Source of the DNA: a virus
DNA: 64,000 bases
Reading direction: 5' to 3' (one strand)
Virus record (IMG/VR): IMGVR_UViG_3300042444_000045
Location: 53,769 to 117,768 of that record
Shown here: positions 18,826 through 27,152 of the stretch, piece by piece
Numbering within the stretch: the stretch's first letter is position 1
Layout of the letters: each line of letters begins with the position of its first letter
Notes under the pieces: generated by a model
Databases searched by the model: none
The model's input: the letters and a program-made list of their open reading frames with translations, nothing else
What the model was told of the DNA's origin: nothing
Program-made: the position numbers and the translations under genes

Positions 18826-21033
18826 CTATTTAAAGTTTTTAAAAGCTGACCTATTAAAAACTTGCCCATTAATAACTTTAGACCCCTGTCCCATATGACG
18901 GAACGGGGTTCTATTTAATTTAAACAAATTATTTGACTTTTGCAAGTTTTTAGAAGCATCATCCATGATAACTCTCTTAGAGTAACCTCTGTTAGCTTGC
19001 TGTATTCTCATGAAAGCAACTAAGGCTGCAAATGAAACAAGTCTATCCACGTTGACACCATCTGCATATTCTTGCATTTCTTTAAGTAACATAGGATCTG
19101 GAATACGTTCTATTCCATATTTGGTTCTTACAATAGTACCATCTGTTTTAGTTTCTACATCTAGTTCCTCTTTACAGTACTCAATGGTATAACTTAACAA
19201 GTGTGCTTTAAATAATGTACCTGTGTTTTTCCAACCATACTCCTGGAATACGTTAGCATTTGCACCCAGATCTTTCAAGAACATGATCTGACTCTTAGGT
19301 ACAAGATATCTTTGTTTCTTTTTAGATATCATGTATTGGATAAATAGTGAAATGTTGTTCTCAATTACTGTCCAAGCATTGTACCATTCAATAATTAACT
19401 CTAGTCTCTGATGAGTTTTGTTGATATCATCAAACCTACCACACCATGCAGCTACAATCTTATCTGGTTCTATGTATGTTTCAGTTTCTCCCATAGTAAC
19501 TTTAGTTACTTCTACAGGAGCTTTCATAATATAAATAGAACAGAGTGATTCTGATGTTGTTGTTTTACCTTCTGACACGGGGTCAATAGATGCATAGTAT
19601 TGTCCAAAGGTTGGATCTTTAATAGGTCTTTCCCATACAACAAGTACTCCTGTTTTGTCTTCTAATTTCTTGGATACTGGAAACTCTTTAATAGGTTGCT
19701 TATCTGTAGATCTTACAGTAATTTTACCCATGTCATCAGTAAAGATATCTAAGAACTCATAAGCATATTCTTTCTCCTCAATTCTTCTTTGCTGTGCAGC
19801 AACCAAGTGTGTAGGAAATAAAGATACTGATCTATGTGCAAATGCTTCTCTAATATTTCTTGGGTGCTGAGATATCCTAAGCTGATAGTCTTCTGGATTA
19901 AGTTCTTTCTTCCACTGCTCAAACTGTCTATCTAAAGCTTCTAGAGCTTCAGTTACAAGAGAGTTACCAAAGTCATCAATATAGGGAGGCATTGACCATT
20001 GCTCAGGAATAAACAATCCTGACAAACCAGTAGTACCTTTTTCATCAATAAGATCAGTTTCAACTGCATAAATATCTTTTGAAAGTGGATTCAAGATCAT
20101 GTCTCTTAGTGGTTCACACTGGGACAAGTCACCCACAGATCCTGCTGCAATGAACATACCTGTAGTAACCATACCTGATCTCATGGCTGGGCGCATATAC
20201 TCATATGTCTGATCCATCTTTGGAGCAATACCTGCCTCCTCATGGAAGAAGTATTTTACCGGACCCCCTACACCATTTGTTGGATCTTTCTCAAATGACA
20301 TACCTTGTATAGTACCCTTGAGACCAACTTCTGTTTTTCTATCTCCTTTTCTAACTTCAATCTTCTGTTGCCACATCATTACCTTGTCTGGAGACATAGG
20401 TCTATACCATGCTGTATGCTCATTTAAAAATGCTGCATACTCCTGTAAGAATTTCCAGGAACCTTTCTCATTTATATAATCCTTAAGTGATGCACCAATC
20501 TTAAGAGTAACCCCGGGCTCAAACCATTGCTGATTTATAAGTTTACCCATGTGGTAGTATGAAGATGCAATCTGACGTTTCTTTAGAATACCTACATGTT
20601 TATAGTTTAACTCTGCTAGTAGTTCATAAAGAGCCATGTGATACTGAGCATCTCGAATCTTAGCAAATCCAAACTTCTGTAGTTCTTTATCAAAGATTGG
20701 TAAAAAATTTAACCACATGTAGTACTCTCTTGCAAGAAACCATGTGTTAGTACTATCTTTTACAATAATACCTTTTCTACATTTTTGCTTTTGGTCATCC
20801 CAATAGTTTACAAAGTCCTTAGACTTAAAGGGGGCTGTGCAATATACTCCATCACTTCTAAACTTGTTTGACTCTGATATAAATATCTGATTAGTAGTGT
20901 CGTTGAAGCCGTACTTACCAGGTTCCTTGAAAACTCCAAATATGAAGTTGTTGAAGTCCTCTCTGGAGTCAAAGTTTGTGGTTGTCCATTGTCCGTTATC
21001 ATAGGTTGGTATGTCTTGATAGATTTCACTCAT
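18826..21033 (-). CDS. terL: Terminase large subunit
   Basis: LKKRQIASSY (Walker A-like), FFHEEAG (Walker B), YYASIDPV nuclease motif, IENN, NVDRLVS. Confidence 0.9.
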   Translation of the reverse strand: MSEIYQDIPTYDNGQWTTTNFDSREDFNNFIFGVFKEPGKYGFNDTTNQIFISESNKFRSDGVYCTAPFKSKDFVNYWDDQKQKCRKGIIVKDSTNTWFLAREYYMWLNFLPIFDKELQKFGFAKIRDAQYHMALYELLAELNYKHVGILKKRQIASSYYHMGKLINQQWFEPGVTLKIGASLKDYINEKGSWKFLQEYAAFLNEHTAWYRPMSPDKVMMWQQKIEVRKGDRKTEVGLKGTIQGMSFEKDPTNGVGGPVKYFFHEEAGIAPKMDQTYEYMRPAMRSGMVTTGMFIAAGSVGDLSQCEPLRDMILNPLSKDIYAVETDLIDEKGTTGLSGLFIPEQWSMPPYIDDFGNSLVTEALEALDRQFEQWKKELNPEDYQLRISQHPRNIREAFAHRSVSLFPTHLVAAQQRRIEEKEYAYEFLDIFTDDMGKITVRSTDKQPIKEFPVSKKLEDKTGVLVVWERPIKDPTFGQYYASIDPVSEGKTTTSESLCSIYIMKAPVEVTKVTMGETETYIEPDKIVAAWCGRFDDINKTHQRLELIIEWYNAWTVIENNISLFIQYMISKKKQRYLVPKSQIMFLKDLGANANVFQEYGWKNTGTLFKAHLLSYTIEYCKEELDVETKTDGTIVRTKYGIERIPDPMLLKEMQEYADGVNVDRLVSFAALVAFMRIQQANRGYSKRVIMDDASKNLQKSNNLFKLNRTPFRHMGQGSKVINGQVFNRSAFKNFK

Positions 21034-21035
21034 AG

Positions 21036-21551
21036 TTACTGGTCATATGCCATTCCGATTCCACCTCTTACTTTACTAGATTGCTCATCTTGAAGATCTT
21101 TATATACTCCTTTAAATGATGCTCTAATCTGGTCAAAGTTTTTTGCTGCTGCTACAAGAGAGTTAATATTACCATCTCTACCTGCAGTAATCTGCGTAGT
21201 CTCCATATATCTAGCTAATCTATCTAACATAGATGCCATACCTTTGTATGCTCTAGATGTAGGAGTCTCATACATTCTCTGGCAGAATAAGAGAGCTGTA
21301 TGTATATCATCATCCTCTGTAGAGAATTCTGCTTCTATCTCTTTTAATATAATATGTTCTTTATCTACTTCTGGAGTATGAAAAAAAGGATTCATATCCG
21401 GGTTAGGACATGTCATATAGAAGAGATATAGATATACTTTAAGATAATCATCTGGATAGTTATCCATGACATCTTTAAGTGCTTTAAGTGTATAACAATG
21501 TTCTGTAGGAATTACTTTACCATTCTGAACATCAAATAGTCTTACAATCAT
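21036..21551 (-). CDS. Conserved protein upstream of TerL (terminase small subunit candidate)
   Basis: Position and helical composition; ends KVRGG..AYDQ. Confidence 0.4.
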   Translation of the reverse strand: MIVRLFDVQNGKVIPTEHCYTLKALKDVMDNYPDDYLKVYLYLFYMTCPNPDMNPFFHTPEVDKEHIILKEIEAEFSTEDDDIHTALLFCQRMYETPTSRAYKGMASMLDRLARYMETTQITAGRDGNINSLVAAAKNFDQIRASFKGVYKDLQDEQSSKVRGGIGMAYDQ

Positions 21552-22384
21552 TTCTTTTTAATTAAGTGTGGGAACTCTTTCATAAAGTTAATTATTGAAA
21601 TGACTTCATCATATAAATAAGGTACCGGCATCTGAATAACTTCTTTAACAATAGGTTCACCATTTACATCTAGTTTAGATATTGGATAACCATATTTGTC
21701 TTCACCATCTACTTCAAATGTAATATGATGTATAAATATCTTTCCAGCCTGTAATTTAGGGTTATGCTTTAATATAATATACATATAAACACTGAGTTGT
21801 AATGCATAGTGATTAAAGTTGCAATCATCTAAATGCTGTACTGGATCAAGCATTTTTTCTGACATGCCCTCCCAGTTCTTAAAAGATTCTGTTTTAATCT
21901 CCTTATTAGTTTTGTAGTCAATAATATTAACTCTACCATTGACTACTTCAACTAAATCTGATTGGCCACATAAACCTGCTGACTTAAGATAGACCATATG
22001 TTCAGGATATATACCTGGATCTAGTTTTTGTAGAGGTGCTATTTTTAAACCATTCTCTCCTTCATAAGGTTTAAATACTGGAACTGTTACCCCTTCTCTT
22101 TCTATAGAAGCCAATGAACATAAGTCAGATTCTCTTTGGTTATGATAGAATGTACCAAGTGTTGTAGCTCTAGTAGCTTCATTATCCCATATCTGTACAA
22201 TGAGTTTGGGTTCTACACCATACCATTTTGATCTCTTGCTCTTAGTTACTCTCTCTGCTACTTTTTTTGCATCAAAAGGTTTCTTTAAACAAGATATCAA
22301 TGTTGTTACACTAGTCCATTTGATCTGATCATTTGGATCTACACTAACATAACTGTGGTCATCTGCATTAAATACTATGCTCAT
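21548..22384 (-). CDS. PD-(D/E)XK exonuclease (Cas4/RecB-like)
   Basis: SVTTLI, GTFYH, GQSDLV...IIDYKTNK, YALQLSVY motifs. Confidence 0.8.
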   Translation of the reverse strand: MSIVFNADDHSYVSVDPNDQIKWTSVTTLISCLKKPFDAKKVAERVTKSKRSKWYGVEPKLIVQIWDNEATRATTLGTFYHNQRESDLCSLASIEREGVTVPVFKPYEGENGLKIAPLQKLDPGIYPEHMVYLKSAGLCGQSDLVEVVNGRVNIIDYKTNKEIKTESFKNWEGMSEKMLDPVQHLDDCNFNHYALQLSVYMYIILKHNPKLQAGKIFIHHITFEVDGEDKYGYPISKLDVNGEPIVKEVIQMPVPYLYDEVISIINFMKEFPHLIKKK

Positions 22385-22674
22385 AATTGTTCTAGTTTAT
22401 CTTCTTCCTCTTCTGTAGCAATTGCTTGCCATTTACCAAGAGGACATTCTGAAGAAAGAGATCTTGTCTTAAAAGTTAATGAGCATCCACATTCATTACA
22501 ACATGGTGCTGTACCCTTTACTGCACATTTCTTTCCCTTACTTGGGCATTCATCACAGACATCATATCTCATGCGGGCAACATCTTCTACAAACTCATCT
22601 CTAATAACTGAGTTCTTAATGCCTTCAATGATCTTAGTCTTGTTCTCCCAAATTGCTCTGAGTGCTGCTTTCAT
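22381..22674 (-). CDS. Small Cys-rich Zn-binding protein
   Basis: CDECP..C...CCNECGC...CPLGKW; probable start MKAALRAIW. Confidence 0.6.
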   Translation of the reverse strand: MKAALRAIWENKTKIIEGIKNSVIRDEFVEDVARMRYDVCDECPSKGKKCAVKGTAPCCNECGCSLTFKTRSLSSECPLGKWQAIATEEEEDKLEQL

Positions 22675-23032
22675 TATTTTTGTTTTTAGTAAATTCTTCT
22701 TTTCTCTTTTTTTCCTGTTCAATCTTTACAGACACATCATTTAATAACTGAAGCTTTTCTTGCATAGCTTTTTTATTATGGTATGCTCTAAAGGTTGATA
22801 CGTCATGAGTAGGAAGCATTTTAGTTAACTTTGATATGTAAACTTCTGCTAGTTTTTGTTTTATAACAAACTGGCCTAAACCTTCTACATTTATTCTTGG
22901 ATGCTTAAGACTACTTAACTGACTTCTAAGATCTTTATAATAAAACTCTACCATATCACCGACAAGGCTTTCTAAAACATTTAGTTCTTCTGCAACTTCC
23001 TTGTATAGAGTACTAGATTTTTTAGGATTCAT
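22634..23032 (-). CDS. HU/IHF-like DNA-binding protein
   Basis: LYKEVAEELN...RINVEGLGQFVIK. Confidence 0.55.
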   Translation of the reverse strand: MNPKKSSTLYKEVAEELNVLESLVGDMVEFYYKDLRSQLSSLKHPRINVEGLGQFVIKQKLAEVYISKLTKMLPTHDVSTFRAYHNKKAMQEKLQLLNDVSVKIEQEKKRKEEFTKNKNNESSTQSNLGEQD

Positions 23033-23413
23033 CTATTCAGCTTCTTGAGAATCAGTACCTAAGAACTTAAAATCTAATAAAACTGTACCCTCTGTTTGCA
23101 CCATCATATTTGGATTTAATATTATAGACTTTTTATTATCATCACTTCTTATAACAAGCCCTATCTTCTCTGCTTTATTTATAGAATTCCTTACAGTCTG
23201 TGGGGATTTAAAGATCCAACCTTCTTCTGAAGAAGCATCATAACAGAAGTCTGTTAGTTCAACTGGTTGATTAAAGCTTAATAGTGTTAAACAGTTCAAG
23301 TCAGATTCACTTAGAGAAAGTTTATTAATGTAACAATGCGTTAGGATCTGATACTTGACCAGATCCCATTTAGGCATTTTTACTCTTTTCTGTACTTGAT
23401 TAACTATAGCCAT
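23033..23413 (-). CDS. Winged-helix-like DNA-binding protein
   Basis: SPQTVRNSINKAEKIGLVIR...ILNP. Confidence 0.5.
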   Translation of the reverse strand: MAIVNQVQKRVKMPKWDLVKYQILTHCYINKLSLSESDLNCLTLLSFNQPVELTDFCYDASSEEGWIFKSPQTVRNSINKAEKIGLVIRSDDNKKSIILNPNMMVQTEGTVLLDFKFLGTDSQEAE

Positions 23414-23415
23414 GA

Positions 23416-23727
23416 CTATCCTTTTCTGAGCTTTCTTTTACTCTGCTCAGGCATAGAAGGTTCTTTATCAATATCATTATCAGAACCTCTTTCTTCTAAC
23501 TCATCTTCTGGTTCTAATTCTTGTTCTTGTTGAGATTGAGCCATCATAGCATACTGCATTTGAATGTGCGTTCTCTTATATCTTACCTCATCAATCTTCA
23601 TAAGAACTTCTTCATACTTGAGTTGTGCTTCTAAGTAGGGCAAGGAATCAGTATAGAATTGAAGCATTTGTTCTTTTTGAGCAGCCAACTCTTCAGCTGT
23701 AAACTCTCTTTCTTGTTGGTTTTCCAT
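23416..23727 (-). CDS. Hypothetical acidic coiled-coil protein
   Basis: ORF track; TATATTTG box at 23751-23758. Confidence 0.55.
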   Translation of the reverse strand: MENQQEREFTAEELAAQKEQMLQFYTDSLPYLEAQLKYEEVLMKIDEVRYKRTHIQMQYAMMAQSQQEQELEPEDELEERGSDNDIDKEPSMPEQSKRKLRKG

Positions 23728-23789
23728 AATAATTAATTTTTGGTTTAGAACAAATATACAAAATAAGTTTAAATGTATATTGTTTAAAT

Positions 23790-23820
23790 AAAAAATCCAG
23801 GCACAGAAAGTACCTGGATC
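23790..23820 (-). terminator. Intrinsic terminator
   Basis: aaaaaatccagg-cacagaaagta-cctggat. Confidence 0.55.
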
Positions 23821-23838
23821 ATAGTAGTTTAAGTAATG

Positions 23839-24144
23839 TTACTTTTTCTTAGCAGTTCTTTTTACAGTACCACCTTTTTTCATACCTAATTTTTCTTTAA
23901 TAGCATCACGGTTTTTATAAACTAAAGCACCAGCAACTCCTGTTGCTAAAGCACCTACAGCTTTTTTAACTCCTTCAGGAATACTACGTTTTCCATATTT
24001 AGTTACTTTACCACAACCACTTTTGCGTCTTCTTCTTCTTTTACCGTCAGCACCTGTATATTCTTCCATACAAGAATCATCAGAAGCACCACCTGTTTGG
24101 TAACTCTTCATAGAACGGATCATTTGATTTTTACTATCTATCAT
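23839..24144 (-). CDS. Small basic protein with xxGG motifs and hydrophobic segment
   Basis: YQTGG, KRRRRRK, AVGALATGVAGALVY, MKKGGTVKR; same motif family as 8857-11959. Confidence 0.6.
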   Translation of the reverse strand: MIDSKNQMIRSMKSYQTGGASDDSCMEEYTGADGKRRRRRKSGCGKVTKYGKRSIPEGVKKAVGALATGVAGALVYKNRDAIKEKLGMKKGGTVKRTAKKK

Positions 24145-24146
24145 GA

Positions 24147-24305
24147 TTATCTGTTTTTAATTGTAAAGTTTAAGATAGTAAGTAAGTAAAAGCTTCTAGA
24201 GATATCAATTTCAACAGAGAGTACATCAATAAAAGATACTCTTAACTTAATTGCAAACTTATCCCATTGCTTTGTATAACTATCCCAGCCGTTTCTAAAC
24301 TTCAT
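24147..24305 (-). CDS. Small hypothetical protein, 52 aa (not in ORF track)
   Basis: MKFRNGWDSYTKQWDKFAIKLRVSF...NFTIKNR; fills the gap between neighbouring genes. Confidence 0.55.
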   Translation of the reverse strand: MKFRNGWDSYTKQWDKFAIKLRVSFIDVLSVEIDISRSFYLLTILNFTIKNR

Positions 24306-24311
24306 AAGTTA

Positions 24312-24779
24312 TTATTTAAGTGGAAGATATTTAGTAGCACTACCTGCCTTAACAGCTTTAAGGATTTGCTTACGTTGTGCACCATCTGAGTTGTAAGATA
24401 CATGCACCCAGTCAGGATTAGTATCTGTACCAAATTCCCAGATAAGTTGATCAAAATTAACATTTGCTTTGATAAAGTCAAATACCATTTTATTAGTTAC
24501 ACCATTTGAACTACCATCCATATCAATGTCAATAGCTTCTCCTTTACAATGTTGTGATGAAGATGCGCCACCCACAGCCTTATTCAAAGCAGCGGAACGG
24601 TATCCTGAGCTTAAATGGATAGGAACACCAAAGTGTTCACGGATTGGTTGAAATACATTTTCAGCCAATTTCTTGAAGTTCTCAATATGCTCTGGTGTAG
24701 GCATATTACTAATTCCTCTTCTTTTTGCAGTCTCACTTCTTGTTACTTCTGCAAGTGCTAAATTTTTACTTAATTGCAT
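24312..24779 (-). CDS. Endolysin, peptidase M15 family
   Basis: SSGYRSAALNKAVGGASSSQHCKGEAIDI ... FDQLIWE...WVHVSY. Confidence 0.9.
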   Translation of the reverse strand: MQLSKNLALAEVTRSETAKRRGISNMPTPEHIENFKKLAENVFQPIREHFGVPIHLSSGYRSAALNKAVGGASSSQHCKGEAIDIDMDGSSNGVTNKMVFDFIKANVNFDQLIWEFGTDTNPDWVHVSYNSDGAQRKQILKAVKAGSATKYLPLK

Positions 24780-24798
24780 TGTGTTTTGTTTTATATGA

Positions 24799-25074
24799 TT
24801 AATCTACTACTTCTTCTGAAGTCTCTTCTTGTTTCTTTGCTTTATTCTTTAAAGCCATAATGCGTCCGGCAGTTGTAATACCAAATGCACCTAAGGTAAG
24901 TAACATAAATCCATCAAAGATAAATTCTTTGATGATTAGTTCATTACCAATAATACCTGTAATTACATCTACAAATAGTACAAATACCATTGCAAAGAAT
25001 GATATTACCCCTACAAATGCTTGCTCATTAATTTGATTATCATCACTGATCAGTTCTCTAAATAATTTTCTCAT
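24799..25074 (-). CDS. Putative holin / membrane protein (2 TM)
   Basis: Two hydrophobic segments, charged C-terminus, adjacent to endolysin. Confidence 0.55.
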   Translation of the reverse strand: MRKLFRELISDDNQINEQAFVGVISFFAMVFVLFVDVITGIIGNELIIKEFIFDGFMLLTLGAFGITTAGRIMALKNKAKKQEETSEEVVD

Positions 25075-25077
25075 AAC

Positions 25078-25626
25078 TTATAATTTAATTGGAACCTTAG
25101 TTACCTTAGGTCTCTCTGGTTTAATAATTGCTCTTTCCCATCCTTTGAGGGGATTTTCCTTTTTCTCATAAGGATCAAAAGGATCTGGACACTTATAAAA
25201 ATATAAATCTCCATTCATATTATCCTTTTGTACATAATATTGGCTCAAGTCTACAGCATACATTGTGCTGTCATCCCATGAGTAATATATCCATACATTA
25301 TTAATTGATGCATCTAATAACCAAGCTTCAAGCATATCCAGCCTTTGTGCTATCTCATCATCAAATACATGCTCAATTATTACTCTTTCCTTCTCAAGAA
25401 TTATTGTATCTAATATTGCAATAATACTATCTTTAGTAATCAGATCTTTTTTAAATGCTGCAATCTTTGCTTTCTGACTTTCAAATATATTATTAATGTC
25501 ATCAGCTTGTTGAACAGTTAAGATTACTACACTATCCCCTTTAATTACCGTCTTCAGTGGGTAGTTTGATTGGCTGAAAATCAAACTGGTCACCAGTAGA
25601 CTGCTTAACATTAACATCCTTTTCAT
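25078..25626 (-). CDS. Signal-peptide coiled-coil protein (spanin-like lysis accessory)
   Basis: N-terminal signal sequence, KDSII..LDTII heptads, overlaps upstream gene. Confidence 0.4.
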   Translation of the reverse strand: MKRMLMLSSLLVTSLIFSQSNYPLKTVIKGDSVVILTVQQADDINNIFESQKAKIAAFKKDLITKDSIIAILDTIILEKERVIIEHVFDDEIAQRLDMLEAWLLDASINNVWIYYSWDDSTMYAVDLSQYYVQKDNMNGDLYFYKCPDPFDPYEKKENPLKGWERAIIKPERPKVTKVPIKL

Positions 25627-25921
25627 GTGCTAGTTCTTTTTTAATGTCTTTAACTATAGACTTTGTACTATCTAAATCTCCTATTACTTCTGCCACCATA
25701 TTCTCAAGATTAGCTTTATCTGTTACTAATTCTTGGTTCTCAGCCTTTAGTTGATTAACACTATTGGTAAGTTTCTTATTTGCTGTAGTAAGCTGTTTGT
25801 TTTCTCCGGTAAGTTGTATATTATCTTCTACAACAACAACGTGTTCTGTACCGCTAGAAAATATTTGTATTACCACAATTGTGATAAACAATGCTCCAAC
25901 TATAAGAAGTTTCTTTTTCAT
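25541..25921 (-). CDS. N-terminal TM + coiled-coil protein (i-spanin-like)
   Basis: MKKKLLIVGALFITIVVIQIF followed by long heptad repeat. Confidence 0.45.
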   Translation of the reverse strand: MKKKLLIVGALFITIVVIQIFSSGTEHVVVVEDNIQLTGENKQLTTANKKLTNSVNQLKAENQELVTDKANLENMVAEVIGDLDSTKSIVKDIKKELAHEKDVNVKQSTGDQFDFQPIKLPTEDGN

Positions 25922-26166
25922 TTTTTTGTTTTACCAAATAGCATCAACACAGTTTCTTTTAGACTTTTTGAGCTCTCAGTGCTTTCATCTAGTTTCTTTT
26001 CTAGATCATCTCTGTAATCACCTTCTAGCTCCTCTACTCTTGCTTTTAACTCTTCCTCACTCTTGAGTAGTTTGTTTAAAAACATCCAGCATAAATAACC
26101 CAGTGCTAAAACAGCAAAGCCTAATACTCCGTACTGTGTTAATACTTCAAAGGGACCGAATGACAT
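25918..26166 (-). CDS. Small 1-TM protein (holin-like), paralogue of 26166-26366
   Basis: FEVLTQYGVLGFAVLALGYLCWMF. Confidence 0.55.
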   Translation of the reverse strand: MSFGPFEVLTQYGVLGFAVLALGYLCWMFLNKLLKSEEELKARVEELEGDYRDDLEKKLDESTESSKSLKETVLMLFGKTKK

Positions 26167-26366
26167 TACTTCTTAGTTTTTCTCTTTACTACTTTCTTTT
26201 CTTCAAGCTCTTCTTTCATCTTCTTGTTATCATCAAGGTATCTCTTGATAAATAACCAAGCAACATATCCAAGAGCCAATACTGCTAAACCTAGCGGACC
26301 GTAGTCTGCTAGTTGTCCAAATACACCAAAATCTGGTGCAGTTGTTTCTACTGCTGTTGTATCCAT
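26166..26366 (-). CDS. Small 1-TM protein (holin-like), paralogue of 25918-26166
   Basis: FGQLADYGPLGLAVLALGYVAWLF. Confidence 0.55.
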   Translation of the reverse strand: MDTTAVETTAPDFGVFGQLADYGPLGLAVLALGYVAWLFIKRYLDDNKKMKEELEEKKVVKRKTKK

Positions 26367-26629
26367 TATCTTTGTAATATTAATTGTTTAACTGCATCAG
26401 ATAGCTCACCTACAGTTCTTGCTAGGTTCTTAATTTCTAACTGAGTTTGTTCTTGAATTGCTTGATACTTAAGTCTTGATTCTTGTTCTACCAATTCAAT
26501 TTTACCTTTAAGTTTACCTAGGCTTTCTGTGTTATTTCTAACATCTGTGTGGATCATTCTTAAAAAGTAACCAAGTACTCCTGTTACTGCAATAAGTCCC
26601 CATTGAACTAACTGTGCTATTTCCATCAT
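26366..26629 (-). CDS. TM + coiled-coil protein
   Basis: N-terminal hydrophobic helix then heptads. Confidence 0.5.
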   Translation of the reverse strand: MMEIAQLVQWGLIAVTGVLGYFLRMIHTDVRNNTESLGKLKGKIELVEQESRLKYQAIQEQTQLEIKNLARTVGELSDAVKQLILQR

Positions 26630-27147
26630 TTTATAATTAATCCTGTTGTTAATAATCCATTCAGTAGAATGGAAATGTTTCTTTGCCTCTTTATTCTCTT
26701 TAAATCAAAGTCTTTAGTTGCTATAATAGTATCCTTAGCATTGATAATGTATCTCTGCGCTTGGATAATAGTATCCTGGGCTGCTATAATAACATCCTTT
26801 TCTTTATCTCTACGGTATAGTACATGGATCATTGTGTCCTGAATCTGGACAATGTTGAAGGTATCTTTAGAGTTTCTTACGTTATCTAACTGAGAATGTA
26901 AGTCTAATAAGCCAGCATTAAGTTCTGCAATAAACTCTTTACTATTGTCTATTACTTGCCCTTGCTCTTTTATTAGAGTCTCTTTACCTTCAATTCTTTT
27001 CTCAATTACTTTTTGCTTACTGACCGGATAAACCTGAGTAGGTTTTCTTAAAAGCAAAAACAGGCACATCACTATAAGACATACCTGTAATATGGTTGAA
27101 AGATTAATACGTGATATATGTATGTTCCTCATACATATAATATACAA
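26626..27147 (-). CDS. Membrane-anchored coiled-coil protein
   Basis: TM at both ends; QDTMI/QDTII/KDTII repeats. Confidence 0.5.
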   Translation of the reverse strand: MYIICMRNIHISRINLSTILQVCLIVMCLFLLLRKPTQVYPVSKQKVIEKRIEGKETLIKEQGQVIDNSKEFIAELNAGLLDLHSQLDNVRNSKDTFNIVQIQDTMIHVLYRRDKEKDVIIAAQDTIIQAQRYIINAKDTIIATKDFDLKRIKRQRNISILLNGLLTTGLIIK

Positions 27148-27152
27148 AAAAT

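Noticed and set aside
18826-21033. Intein or intron in terminase, helicases or primase
   Set aside because: Lengths are ordinary and no splice-junction or homing endonuclease motifs were seen within them
21548-22384. Cas4 as part of a CRISPR-Cas system
   Set aside because: Stand-alone PD-(D/E)XK nuclease near terminase, common in crAss-like phages; no array or other cas genes
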